A stretch of DNA of 32,000 bases, taken from IMG/VR virus record IMGVR_UViG_3300045988_006330, positions 1-32,000 of that record; one strand, written 5' to 3'. Below the pieces are notes generated by a model. It ran no database searches and had not been told where the DNA came from. It worked only from the letters and a program-made list of their open reading frames with translations. Positions 5,670-14,058 of the stretch are shown piece after piece. How positions within the stretch are numbered: position 1 is the first letter of the stretch; each line of letters begins with the position of its first letter. A program made the translations under genes and the position numbers. Source of the DNA: a virus.

Positions 5670-7400
5670 ATGATTTCACAAACAATTGCAAAACCATCTT
5701 ACGTTAAGACTAAAGCATTCGGTCTTTGTGGCACGCTTGCCATTGCTACAGCTCTATTGATTGGAACTGGGGCAGTATCAGCCGATGAAACCACTCAACC
5801 AGTGGCAGAAGCACCAGCAGTGTCTAATGTCTACACAGCTAATAATGCTGGGAATATTACGGTAACGCCGTCTGAAACAGTGGCAGAAGCACCAAAAGTG
5901 TTGGCACCAGCACCGGTAGAATCTCAACCGCTTGCAGAAACTCCGGCAGCACCTACAGAAGTAGCTCAACCAGTAGCTGAAACACCAGCGGCGCCTACAA
6001 GCGTTGTCAAAGAGGGTGACACAATCACTGTCAACAATCCAGAAGTTGACGTGACATTCCCTAATGGCACTGGTAAATACTCACCGTTCGAGGTTGAGTA
6101 TAAAGATATTGAGTTTCCGGATAACATGGCTATCAACGAAGGGGATAAGGTAGTAACTGAGTTGCCTAAAGAAATCGGTTTGCAAACCAGCTTTGATTTC
6201 GACGTTTATAACAACAACGACGTAGTCGGTAAGGCTAACGCCGACGCACAAGCTCGCAAGATCACAACTACGTTCAATAATTATTTTACTGAGCACCCGC
6301 TCAATAAAAAAATGAGCTTGAAATTTGATGCCAAGTGGACGGATGTTGTGACACCGGGCAAACCAGTGACAGTTAACTTTGACGGAACAGTTAAGACCTA
6401 TACGATTGCAGAGGAAGGTCCACTTCCATCTAGCGAACTCTTGTCTAAATGGGGCAGCCAAAACAAAAAGGAGCCTCAAATTATCAACTGGACCTTGCGT
6501 TTGAACACTGCCCGCCAAGTTTTGAATAATGCTGTCTTGTCTGACACTTGGTCAGATAATCAAGAGTTCGTAGAGGGCTCACAGAATATTTACTTTGTTG
6601 AAGACCCACTTGCTTGGACTGGTATTGACCATTCTGCTAAAGATTACTTGGAAAGTTGGAATGTCCGAGCAGACGGATTCGATGCTAAGTTTAAAGAGTT
6701 TAACCGCATTATGTACATTGACTATCAAACCCGTTTGAAATCAGCGGTCAAAGATAGCACGAATCCAACCAACAAGGCGACATTGACAGCTGACGATAGC
6801 AGTAGCAAGTCATCTTCTAAAGTGCAGCTTGTCGGGGGACGTGGTGATGCGTCTGGTGAAAATAAACCAGAGACAACTTTTGAGATTCCTCGTGAGGCTC
6901 CAAAAGTTGACATCCCAGAATTTGAGGGCGGCATCCCTGGCATTCCTGAAGTTAGAGAATTGCCGGAATGGAACGGAGGTACGGTGCCAAATGAAGCGCC
7001 TATCCATTACAAACCTGAGTTTCAAGGCGGCATTCCGGGGATTCCGGAATTACGTGAACTCCAACCATTCGAAGGTGGTGTGATTCCAAATGATGCACCT
7101 ATCCTCGATTTGCCAGAGTTGGAAATCCCAGTAGAGCCGGAAAAACCAGCGACACCGAAAGAAGTACCTAGCAAGCCCGTAGACGCTCCGAAAACAAAAG
7201 AGGTAGAAATTACCGATGTCGTTTATAAAAACGATTCTGAGCCAAAAGAGGTGGCAAATACGACGGTTTACGGTGGTGTTCTACCGAATACTGGCGAGAA
7301 AGAAGGAATCTCTAGCACTCTTGGATTGGTAGTAATTGCTGCTGGTATCACAACTTTGGGATTGAGCTTTAAAAAATACAACGAAGGTGAGGAAGAATAA
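5670..7400 (+). CDS. LPXTG cell-wall-anchored surface protein, adhesin-like (MSCRAMM/Cna-like region plus Pro/Glu/Gly-rich tandem repeats)
   Basis: - Signal peptide: MISQTIAKPSYVKTKAFGLCGTLAIATALLIGTGAVSADE.
- Ala/Pro-rich repeats (AEAP, AETPAAPT).
- A beta-rich region of about 300 aa with a TYTFTDY-like motif (ITTTFNNYFTEHP).
- Two repeats of about 37 aa: PEFEGGIPGIPEVRELPEWNGGTVPNEAP and PEFQGGIPGIPELRELQPFEGGVIPNDAP.
- LPNTG, a hydrophobic segment and a KK tail.
- RBS AAGGAG. Confidence 0.9.
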   Translation: MISQTIAKPSYVKTKAFGLCGTLAIATALLIGTGAVSADETTQPVAEAPAVSNVYTANNAGNITVTPSETVAEAPKVLAPAPVESQPLAETPAAPTEVAQPVAETPAAPTSVVKEGDTITVNNPEVDVTFPNGTGKYSPFEVEYKDIEFPDNMAINEGDKVVTELPKEIGLQTSFDFDVYNNNDVVGKANADAQARKITTTFNNYFTEHPLNKKMSLKFDAKWTDVVTPGKPVTVNFDGTVKTYTIAEEGPLPSSELLSKWGSQNKKEPQIINWTLRLNTARQVLNNAVLSDTWSDNQEFVEGSQNIYFVEDPLAWTGIDHSAKDYLESWNVRADGFDAKFKEFNRIMYIDYQTRLKSAVKDSTNPTNKATLTADDSSSKSSSKVQLVGGRGDASGENKPETTFEIPREAPKVDIPEFEGGIPGIPEVRELPEWNGGTVPNEAPIHYKPEFQGGIPGIPELRELQPFEGGVIPNDAPILDLPELEIPVEPEKPATPKEVPSKPVDAPKTKEVEITDVVYKNDSEPKEVANTTVYGGVLPNTGEKEGISSTLGLVVIAAGITTLGLSFKKYNEGEEE

Positions 7401-7402
7401 TC

Positions 7403-7723
7403 ATGAAAGAAAATAACAAACAAGTCGTATTTTACAATGCTGAAAAAAATGCGTTCCTTGGAAAATACAAAGACAGAGGTAGCTTAGCATTTGAAGCGGG
7501 TTTTATTACTGAGTTAAGAAGTGCACTATTTTTACCGTTCGATTCGTATGAAGAACAAAAAACCGAACTTGATAAACTTGCCGAAGCGTTTGGCTGCGAA
7601 GTGCTTAATGTGGAAGTTGAATACAACGTAACTAAACTTGACGGCTCGGACTTTGAACGAACGGAGCGTGAAGAATCCATGAAGGATGACATTAAAGCAC
7701 TCCTAGAATTATTGGCGAAGTAA
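7403..7723 (+). CDS. Hypothetical protein, translationally coupled to the LPXTG gene
   Basis: ATG lies 2 nt after the LPXTG stop codon, with a GGTGAGGAAG RBS inside the upstream gene. 106 aa, acidic. Confidence 0.65.
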   Translation: MKENNKQVVFYNAEKNAFLGKYKDRGSLAFEAGFITELRSALFLPFDSYEEQKTELDKLAEAFGCEVLNVEVEYNVTKLDGSDFERTEREESMKDDIKALLELLAK

Positions 7724-7758
7724 CATAACATGAAGTGGTGGGAGGGTAGGCATTAAAC

Positions 7759-7941
7759 ATGGAACAAGAAATTTACAACGTTGAAAATCGTTGGCGGAAC
7801 AAGTACATGAATTTAGGTCGTGAGCTGGGCGAAATCATCAACAGTCAGCAAGACAGAATCTTGTCATTAGCTCAAGAAAACAACAAGCTCAAACGGGAGC
7901 TTTGGCACCTAAAAAAGTCGAAAGGCAGGAAACGGCTCTAA
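7759..7941 (+). CDS. Small coiled-coil hypothetical protein
   Basis: 60 aa with a GGGAGGG RBS upstream. Basic C-terminal tail. Confidence 0.55.
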   Translation: MEQEIYNVENRWRNKYMNLGRELGEIINSQQDRILSLAQENNKLKRELWHLKKSKGRKRL

Positions 7942-8053
7942 AATTGCTTGTAACTGCCCTAAATAATCTAGCGGCACAATTACACTAGAGAAACGGTAAA
8001 ACGGCAAATAACCCCCAAAATTTGAGAATTAGGGGCATATAAAAGGATATGAC

Positions 8054-8752
8054 ATGGAAGAAATGACATTCACGGAGTTGCAACAAAAAATGCAACTCGA
8101 AAAAAAGAAAGAGGGTACAGCTAAGTACGCTTCAAGGCACGTCGAGGACATTTACAACGTCTTTAAAAGTTTGAAATCAAATTGGAGCGTTGTAGTCAAC
8201 TATGATCTAGTCGAATTTTCTGGCAAGGTTTTCGTCAAAGCAATTGCAACGGCATCTAACCGAGAGGAAAAAGAGCAGGCAGTAGCTTTTGCAGAATTAT
8301 CTCCCGTACCGATTTTAAAAACTCGTAACGGAGACTTAAAGCAAATGAATGAACCGCAGTGGGTAGGAGCCGTACAATCATACGCTGGTAAGTACGCCGT
8401 GCAAGCGCTGTTTGCAATCGGTGAGGAAGATGTGGACCATTTTGAAGTGGCAGAGGAAAGTTTGAGACCAAACCAACCTCACAACCCTCAACCGCATCAA
8501 CACCAACAACTGCAACAAGCACGCTACGAGTCAAGAAGCAATCAGCAACCTAACTTCATTAGCAACGAGCAACATGACCTAATCATGCAGCAAATCAATG
8601 AGCTAGCTCTAATTACTGGTCAAGCAACCGAAACAGTAGCTAATTACTACTTGAAGAAGTACAAGCTCAATGACTTCCATGAGTTGCTAGTGGCAGGTTT
8701 TAACGTGGTAAGTAACGACATTCAAACGCAGATCAACAATCGAAAGGGATAA
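8054..8752 (+). CDS. erf: ERF-family single-strand annealing protein
   Basis: AKYASRHVEDIYNVFKSL...VKAIATASN...AFAEL...QWVGAVQSYAGKYAVQALFAIGEED parallels the P22 Erf core (YKYRSCEDILEGVKPLL...VKATATITDG...SSYARKYCLNGLFGIDD). A Q/H/P-rich linker follows. Confidence 0.85.
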   Translation: MEEMTFTELQQKMQLEKKKEGTAKYASRHVEDIYNVFKSLKSNWSVVVNYDLVEFSGKVFVKAIATASNREEKEQAVAFAELSPVPILKTRNGDLKQMNEPQWVGAVQSYAGKYAVQALFAIGEEDVDHFEVAEESLRPNQPHNPQPHQHQQLQQARYESRSNQQPNFISNEQHDLIMQQINELALITGQATETVANYYLKKYKLNDFHELLVAGFNVVSNDIQTQINNRKG

Positions 8753-8754
8753 AA

Positions 8755-9726
8755 ATGAAGGACGTAACTAATAATTTTTTGGAAACAATCGAACCAGTCT
8801 ATACACCGGGAACAATTAACTTTGATTTTGAAGCATTTGACAAAGCTATTCAAGCGGCAGTTAGCGAGTTATCAGACGAACAACTGGACCAGCTTGAATA
8901 TGACGATATTAAGAAGGAATTTACACGCTTTAATAGTCTTTTGACAAAGCTAGATAACAAGCGAAAAGACATCTCAAAAGTGTATAAAAACCCGCTTAAT
9001 GAGTTTGAAGCTAATTTCAAAGAGTCTAAAGGACCACTTGAAGGACTTATCAACAAGCTACGTGCTAAACGTAATGAAATTGATGAACACCGAAAAATGT
9101 TGCGAATCGACCACGTTAGATCAGTCTTTGAAAGTAAGTGCGAGCTAGCCGGACTAGACAAGGACACATTCAAGGACAAGTACGAGAGTTTTTCTAAGGT
9201 CGGTGACTTCATGGATAAGAAAATGAAGCTCAAAAAAGCGACAGAAGAAGAAATCGACGCTATGGTTTTGGCTGAGTATGACCGACTTGGGGAATACAAA
9301 TCTAACATTGGCATGATTGAGGAACAAGCCCTTGACTATGAGCTACCGGCTGAACCATACACTAGAGCGTTGCAGAATGATACACCTCTAGTTGAAATCC
9401 TCAAACAAATGAAAAAGGACCGCGATGCAGCTATTGAGCGTAAGCAGCAAGCAGAAGCCAAAGCGAAAGTAGAAGCGGCACGCTTGGCAGAAATTGAAGC
9501 AATGGCCCAACAGTCAGCAAACGAGGAAATCAAAGCGGTAAATGCTGAAACTGGTGAGGTAATCGAAGACACTAAACCAGTTGAGGGAGTGCCTAGCAAA
9601 CACGCTGAGCCTTACAAGGTCAATCTTTCACTAACTTTCCATGGCGGTGAGAACCAATGGCATCAATTCGCTAAATTGCTTGACGATAACTTTGTTAACT
9701 ATGAAATTCTAGGAGAAAATCAATGA
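8755..9726 (+). CDS. DUF1351-like protein (recombination-module partner of Erf/SSB)
   Basis: 323 aa with an acidic coiled-coil composition. It lies between erf and ssb, as is usual for this family in Firmicute phages. Confidence 0.6.
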   Translation: MKDVTNNFLETIEPVYTPGTINFDFEAFDKAIQAAVSELSDEQLDQLEYDDIKKEFTRFNSLLTKLDNKRKDISKVYKNPLNEFEANFKESKGPLEGLINKLRAKRNEIDEHRKMLRIDHVRSVFESKCELAGLDKDTFKDKYESFSKVGDFMDKKMKLKKATEEEIDAMVLAEYDRLGEYKSNIGMIEEQALDYELPAEPYTRALQNDTPLVEILKQMKKDRDAAIERKQQAEAKAKVEAARLAEIEAMAQQSANEEIKAVNAETGEVIEDTKPVEGVPSKHAEPYKVNLSLTFHGGENQWHQFAKLLDDNFVNYEILGENQ

Positions 9727-10226
9727 TTAATTCGACTGTGCTAGTTGGGCGCTTAACCCGTGACCCCGAACTAAAATACACGACCAGTAACATTGCAGTA
9801 GCTACGTTTAGCCTAGCTGTTAACCGCAACTTCAAAGATGCTAACGGCGAACGTGAAACAGACTTTATCAACTGCGTTATCTGGCGCCAGCAAGCCGAGA
9901 ATTTGGCTAACTGGGCTAAAAAAGGCGCATTGATTGGCATTACTGGACGCATTCAGACCCGTAGCTATGAGAATCAGCAAGGTCAAAGAGTGTATGTGAC
10001 TGAGGTAGTCGCTGAAAACTTCCAAATGTTGGAAAGCCGTGCGGCGCGTGAAGGTAGTAACGCAAATCAAGGCAACACGTCTGGAGCGTTTAGCAATGAC
10101 AACGGCTATGCAGGGCCTTACGGGCAACAAGCACCGCAACAGCAAGGACCAAACTTTGCAAGGGATAGCAGCTCATACGGGAACAGTAGCCCTATGGATA
10201 TCCAAGATTCAGACCTACCCTTCTAA
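9723..10226 (+). CDS. ssb: Single-stranded DNA-binding protein
   Basis: OB-fold N-terminus [20 protein letters not shown]...[16 protein letters not shown]. Gly/Gln-rich linker and an acidic tip ending DSDLPF. Confidence 0.95.
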   Translation: MINSTVLVGRLTRDPELKYTTSNIAVATFSLAVNRNFKDANGERETDFINCVIWRQQAENLANWAKKGALIGITGRIQTRSYENQQGQRVYVTEVVAENFQMLESRAAREGSNANQGNTSGAFSNDNGYAGPYGQQAPQQQGPNFARDSSSYGNSSPMDIQDSDLPF

Positions 10227-10235
10227 GGTAAAACT

Positions 10236-10697
10236 ATGAAAATAACTTTAAATATCGAGCCTAAACCTCAAACAAGGCCACGATTCAGCAAGTTTGGAAC
10301 TTATGAAGACCCGAAAATGAAGGCATGGCGTCGTCAGTGCTCGCAACTTATTGAGCAAGAGTACGACGGACAATTCTTCGACGGCCCGATTATGGTTGAT
10401 GTTACCTTTTACATGAAAGCACCGCTGAGCGTATCAAAAAAGCCCACGCCAAAAGCTAGAGCTAAAACGTGGGACGCATTCAAGAAATTCATGGACGAAA
10501 GACTTTGGCATGCGAAAAAACCCGATATTGACAACCTAGTCAAAGCGCTCTTTGATAGCATTTCAACCGCTGGATATAACAAGGTTGACAAGAAGGGTAT
10601 CGTCTGGACAGATGATAGCATCGTTTGTGGTTTAATAGCTCGCAAGAAGTACAGTCCTAACCCACGCATTGAATTAGAAATTAAGGAAATGGGATGA
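10236..10697 (+). CDS. rusA: RusA-family Holliday junction resolvase
   Basis: PKPQTRPRF near the N-terminus and KPDIDNLVKALFDS, the catalytic Asp region. Confidence 0.85.
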   Translation: MKITLNIEPKPQTRPRFSKFGTYEDPKMKAWRRQCSQLIEQEYDGQFFDGPIMVDVTFYMKAPLSVSKKPTPKARAKTWDAFKKFMDERLWHAKKPDIDNLVKALFDSISTAGYNKVDKKGIVWTDDSIVCGLIARKKYSPNPRIELEIKEMG

Positions 10698-10933
10698 ATA
10701 GCAAATATAAAGACAAGCTTGTAGGTGTATATGCACCGGGCAACTATGGGCATACAAGCGTATTAGATCAGACGCAAGAATTTTCAAGGTGGTTTTGGTC
10801 TAATCGCAAGGACATGGAACTTATCAGCATTAAGCTAGGTATCGACGTAAAGAAGCTTAATCGCATTCTGACACTAGAGCAGTTACTGGATGATGACTTG
10901 TTAAGGAAAATGGTCGAGCTATGCAATGGTTAA
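10694..10933 (+). CDS. Hypothetical protein
   Basis: ATGA overlap with the rusA stop codon. 79 aa. Confidence 0.55.
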   Translation: MNSKYKDKLVGVYAPGNYGHTSVLDQTQEFSRWFWSNRKDMELISIKLGIDVKKLNRILTLEQLLDDDLLRKMVELCNG

Positions 10934-11007
10934 GGCAATTTATAGCAAAGAATCCGGCAAAGGTTTTCAGAGACGGACCGGAACCGATAACTATGGGAAT
11001 TAGAAAT

Positions 11008-11196
11008 ATGAAACGCAAAGTGAAATTTTTTGACAAACTATATGACACTGACACGCTTGACGAAGAAATTAACGCCTGGATAGAAGGCTACAACAAGGAA
11101 CTGATAGATGTAAGACTAACCGTAGACTGGGAAGATGGCAACGACTACGTTAAATATACTGCCACAGTAATCTATAGGGACAGAACCGAGGGATGA
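11008..11196 (+). CDS. Cse60-like small protein
   Basis: MKRKVKFFDKLYDTDTLDEEINAWIEGYNKELIDVRLTV...YTATVIYR fits the Cse60 pattern. The track ORF begins at 10921, so the true start is uncertain. Confidence 0.55.
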   Translation: MKRKVKFFDKLYDTDTLDEEINAWIEGYNKELIDVRLTVDWEDGNDYVKYTATVIYRDRTEG

Positions 11197-11197
11197 T

Positions 11198-11356
11198 ATG
11201 AAATACAAAGTTATAGTTTACTACGACAATATGCCAGACAGTGAGCATATTTTTAGCAACAAAAACGACGCTATCAACGAGCTACATCGTTTGAGAGGTG
11301 TCAAATATCGCAATTCTAGGATGTATACAGTGGAGTTAGTCGAATGCGGTGGATAG
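11198..11356 (+). CDS. Small hypothetical protein (52 aa)
   Basis: ATG at 11198 overlaps the upstream stop codon (GATGATATG). MKYKVIVYYDNMPDSEHIFSNKNDAINELHRLRGVKYRNSRMYTVELVECGG. Confidence 0.45.
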   Translation: MKYKVIVYYDNMPDSEHIFSNKNDAINELHRLRGVKYRNSRMYTVELVECGG

Positions 11357-11508
11357 TACGAGTAGCACGCACGATGGATGATGTTAAGGAGTGCCAGTTC
11401 ACAGATAAAACGAAGGCACTAAAACACATTGAAGCGTTGAAGAAGTTAAGTATGGCAGTAGATGCTACTGTCTGGATGGAGGAAATTAACGATGATGAAC
11501 AAAAATGA
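11344..11508 (+). CDS. Small hypothetical protein (54 aa; alternative start 11374)
   Basis: The open frame overlaps the previous stop codon. ...MDDVKECQFTDKTKALKHIEALKKLSMAVDATVWMEEINDDEQK. Confidence 0.35.
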   Translation: MRWIVRVARTMDDVKECQFTDKTKALKHIEALKKLSMAVDATVWMEEINDDEQK

Positions 11509-11995
11509 AGCAGTACAGAAGCTAGCAACAGCAGGACGCCTTTCAATAGCCCACGCTGAGGATTTATATGATTCGCTTGTTCCTAAACCAGTGGTACCGC
11601 AGTACGTGGCGGATTGGTATGAGAAACATAAAGGTAATTTTGAAACTAATCTGTTTCGGGCAATCAACTTAACTCCAACCATCTATAGAGAAGGAGAATT
11701 GAGCGAATTTCAGGAATGGATAGTTGACGAACATACCAAACCATTTCAAACCCTCGTCAACATGCACCAGTTTGGTTATGAGGTCGAGAAGGAGACGAAG
11801 TATAGAGTTAGCGTAAAGGCGATTACCGATGAAGATAGATTTTTAAAAAGAGAAAAAGATGAAAACGTTTGGTATTTCGGTGATTCAAGTGCCATTGGGA
11901 TTTTACACCACACCCGCAAAGAGCTTGAGGCGAACGGCTTCGGGTGGGTGTTTAACTGCCCGGGCGTTGAAGTGAAGGAGGTAACGGATGAATAA
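11492..11995 (+). CDS. DUF1642-like phage protein
   Basis: The track ORF is trimmed to the ATG at 11492 (GGAGG 9 nt upstream). PKPVVPQYVADWYEKHK is the motif I associate with DUF1642 proteins of streptococcal phages. Confidence 0.6.
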   Translation: MMNKNEAVQKLATAGRLSIAHAEDLYDSLVPKPVVPQYVADWYEKHKGNFETNLFRAINLTPTIYREGELSEFQEWIVDEHTKPFQTLVNMHQFGYEVEKETKYRVSVKAITDEDRFLKREKDENVWYFGDSSAIGILHHTRKELEANGFGWVFNCPGVEVKEVTDE

Positions 11996-12302
11996 CCTAA
12001 TCAATAAAATCAACCATTTGGCAGACAGCCGTGGATTAAAGCAAGCTGACCCTAAAATTCAGCGGATGCGTATCACGGAAGAAGTCGGAGAAATTCGAGA
12101 TGTACTCTTGAAACCGACGAAATTCACGGAACCGCAAGCAGCACTTAAGGACGCAATCGGTGACACGCTGGTAACGATTATCGTACTGGCACATCAACTA
12201 GACCTTGATGTAACTGAGTGTCTAAGTATTGCTTATGAGGAAATCAAGAACAGAAAAGGAAAGATGGTAAATGGGACGTTTGTTAAAGAAGACGATTTAT
12301 AA
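11988..12302 (+). CDS. MazG-like nucleotide pyrophosphohydrolase
   Basis: RITEEVGEIRDVL...DAIGDTLVTIIVLAHQLDLD, the EExxE/D metal-binding helices. 104 aa. Confidence 0.75.
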   Translation: MNNLINKINHLADSRGLKQADPKIQRMRITEEVGEIRDVLLKPTKFTEPQAALKDAIGDTLVTIIVLAHQLDLDVTECLSIAYEEIKNRKGKMVNGTFVKEDDL

Positions 12303-12579
12303 TGACCTAGCTATTGCTACTGTGTTACTTATGGTCTCACTAGCAATTAACGTGACTACTGTTCTACGAGTGGTTAATAGACCAGTAGAAGCCATTGTCG
12401 TGCATAAGGCTGACAACGCCGTGGAATTACATGGCAAGGTAACCGGCAAATCTATGGTCGGGAAACTCTATACGCTTGATTGTGGAGCTTATGGAAAATT
12501 CCTTGTCAATAAGGAACAGTATGACAGCGTAAACGTCGGGGATGACATTCCTAGCTACTTAAGGGGGCGAGGACAATGA
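12271..12579 (+). CDS. Hypothetical membrane-anchored protein
   Basis: One N-terminal TM segment (LAIATVLLMVSLAINVTTVL). 102 aa. Confidence 0.5.
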   Translation: MGRLLKKTIYNDLAIATVLLMVSLAINVTTVLRVVNRPVEAIVVHKADNAVELHGKVTGKSMVGKLYTLDCGAYGKFLVNKEQYDSVNVGDDIPSYLRGRGQ

Positions 12580-12983
12580 TTCCAAGATATAGAGCGTGGC
12601 TTAAAGAAGATAAAGAAATGGTAGATGTGGATGATATTATCGCTATCAATTTCGAAGAAAAAGAAATTTGCGTGCAAACAATCTATTTTGAGCAAGGATT
12701 GCCAGATAGTCGAGATTTAGACTACTACGATTTCGACGATATCGTTTTAATGCAATCAACTGGAATGATAGACAAAAACGATAGAGAAATCTTCGAGGGG
12801 GACATTATTGACTCGACAGACGGATTCCTCACTGGCGTAATTGAATTTAGAGTAAGTTTAGGGATGTTCGTTAGTGATTTGGTAGAGTATAACAACTTCG
12901 AACGTTTATGCAATGTTGCCAGCTCAAGGAAAATTATCGGAAATATATGGGAACACCCAGAATTGGCAGAGGTAAGCTCATGA
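12576..12983 (+). CDS. YopX-family protein
   Basis: MIPRYRAWLKEDKEM...REIFEGDII...IIGNIWEHPEL is the typical YopX N-terminal and C-terminal signature. Confidence 0.8.
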   Translation: MIPRYRAWLKEDKEMVDVDDIIAINFEEKEICVQTIYFEQGLPDSRDLDYYDFDDIVLMQSTGMIDKNDREIFEGDIIDSTDGFLTGVIEFRVSLGMFVSDLVEYNNFERLCNVASSRKIIGNIWEHPELAEVSS

Positions 12984-13690
12984 GCAAAACCTACAAATAT
13001 TCAGGGCTGACACCAGAGCTGTATCAACGGCTGGTCAGTGAACATGCGGAACTCAAACAAGCACATAAAAAAGGCTCTTATAAGCAGTTCTTCCAAGAGG
13101 TCAAGCAGTGCGATGAGTTACAAGCCCGCATCATATATCAAGCATTCAACGCCGCAGTCGTGGAACGTGCGAGGATATCGCCAGCTACTGTAGACAGGTT
13201 AGAAGGCATTATTTCTGATGAATTATTCAACGACCTTCAAGATTATCTATCTACCAATTACACAAGAGGCAAAACCACGCGCCCACTGTTGGATAAAACC
13301 AACGCAGGACTGCCAGAGGGGCTGTTTAAACGGTTCCAGGAAGAAGTGGAAGGATTACGCAAGGAACACCCTAACAACCTAAATAGCTATATTAGAGACG
13401 TCAAGGACTGCGACCAGAAAAATGCTAACAGAACCCAAAACGCCCTCAATCTGTGCTATGCGGAAAAAGCTGCACTAACGCCTTTGAAGGCTATTCAAAT
13501 GGAAGGGCTACTTTCAAGAGGGCTATTCAGCGAAATTATTGATTACGTCTTCAATAACTATGAATGGAGCGAGAGATTGGACAATGAGGTTGATCGCATT
13601 ATTCTTAAATATCGGACTAGGGGCAAAGTTGGACGTAATAAAATAACTGTAAGAAAAGCCTTATATAAAGCCTATGCGCTAGGCGTGTAG
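12980..13690 (+). CDS. Hypothetical protein with an internal tandem duplication (two repeats of about 88 aa)
   Basis: The track ORF is trimmed to the ATG at 12980 (ATGA overlap with yopX, AGAGG RBS). Repeats lie at 12998-13261 and 13301-13561. They share GL-P-LF/Y-R...H...Y...VK-CD...EG-(I/L)S--LF---DY--NY. Confidence 0.7.
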   Translation: MSKTYKYSGLTPELYQRLVSEHAELKQAHKKGSYKQFFQEVKQCDELQARIIYQAFNAAVVERARISPATVDRLEGIISDELFNDLQDYLSTNYTRGKTTRPLLDKTNAGLPEGLFKRFQEEVEGLRKEHPNNLNSYIRDVKDCDQKNANRTQNALNLCYAEKAALTPLKAIQMEGLLSRGLFSEIIDYVFNNYEWSERLDNEVDRIILKYRTRGKVGRNKITVRKALYKAYALGV

Positions 13691-13729
13691 CTAGAACGGT
13701 CTATGAGGGTTCGACTCCCTTACTAGCTA
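13689..13729 (+). other. tRNA-like acceptor/T-arm minihelix A (not a complete tRNA)
   Basis: T arm GAGGG-TTCGACT-CCCTT (13705-13721). The acceptor-like stem AGCTAG (13689-13694) pairs with CTAGCT (13723-13728). Only a 9-10-nt linker stands where the D and anticodon arms would be. It begins within the upstream stop codon. Confidence 0.5.
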
Positions 13730-13753
13730 TTACCAGTCAATCTATATACGGAA

Positions 13754-13777
13754 AAGAGGAATCCTTTTGTATTTTTT
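13754..13777 (+). terminator. Weak terminator-like hairpin plus T6 after the early operon
   Basis: AAGAGG-AAT-CCTTTT (6 bp including one G-U, 3-nt loop) followed by GTATTTTTTC. Confidence 0.3.
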
Positions 13778-13974
13778 CATTCAAATCAGCGGAAGCGTGA
13801 CTGGTCGTGGATGCAACCAAATCCAGTAAATAAACAATTAGAATCGAGGAACCTTTTTTATTTCGTTTACTAATCTAAAGCGTATTACTGGTAACGTGAT
13901 TATTCAAGGTTTTATGCCTGCAATGCGAAACTGAAATCTCCATAATTCTACTTACTTTATTCTTGTATTATTTC

Positions 13975-13995
13975 AAAAAAAGGAGGAAAACCTCC
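13975..13995 (-). terminator. Minus-strand intrinsic terminator; alternatively a plus-strand SD-sequestering hairpin
   Basis: GGAGG-AAAA-CCTCC is preceded on the plus strand by A7, so on the minus strand the hairpin is followed by U7. Confidence 0.5.
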
Positions 13996-14015
13996 AAAAT
14001 GATTTCTATATCGCA

Positions 14016-14058
14016 GGCTGGAATGGTTGTATAAGAGGTTCGATTCCTCTTGCCAGTC
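14016..14058 (+). other. tRNA-like acceptor/T-arm minihelix B (not a complete tRNA)
   Basis: T arm TAAGAGG-TTCGATT-CCTCTTG (14032-14052) abuts a 6-bp stem, GGCTGG (14016-14021) with CCAGTC (14053-14058). The G-U pairs favour the plus strand. It shares TAT-R-AG-GGTTCGA-Y-TCC...CCAGTC with element A. Confidence 0.5.

Noticed and set aside
6832-6846. RGD tripeptide (LVGGRGDASGE) in the LPXTG protein as an integrin-binding motif
   Set aside because: A three-residue motif is expected by chance in a 576-aa protein, and the sequence alone gives no supporting context.
13689-14058. Calling either T-arm-containing element a tRNA gene
   Set aside because: Neither has D or anticodon arms within the required spacing. 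Only 9-10 nt separate the acceptor-like 5' strand from the T arm.
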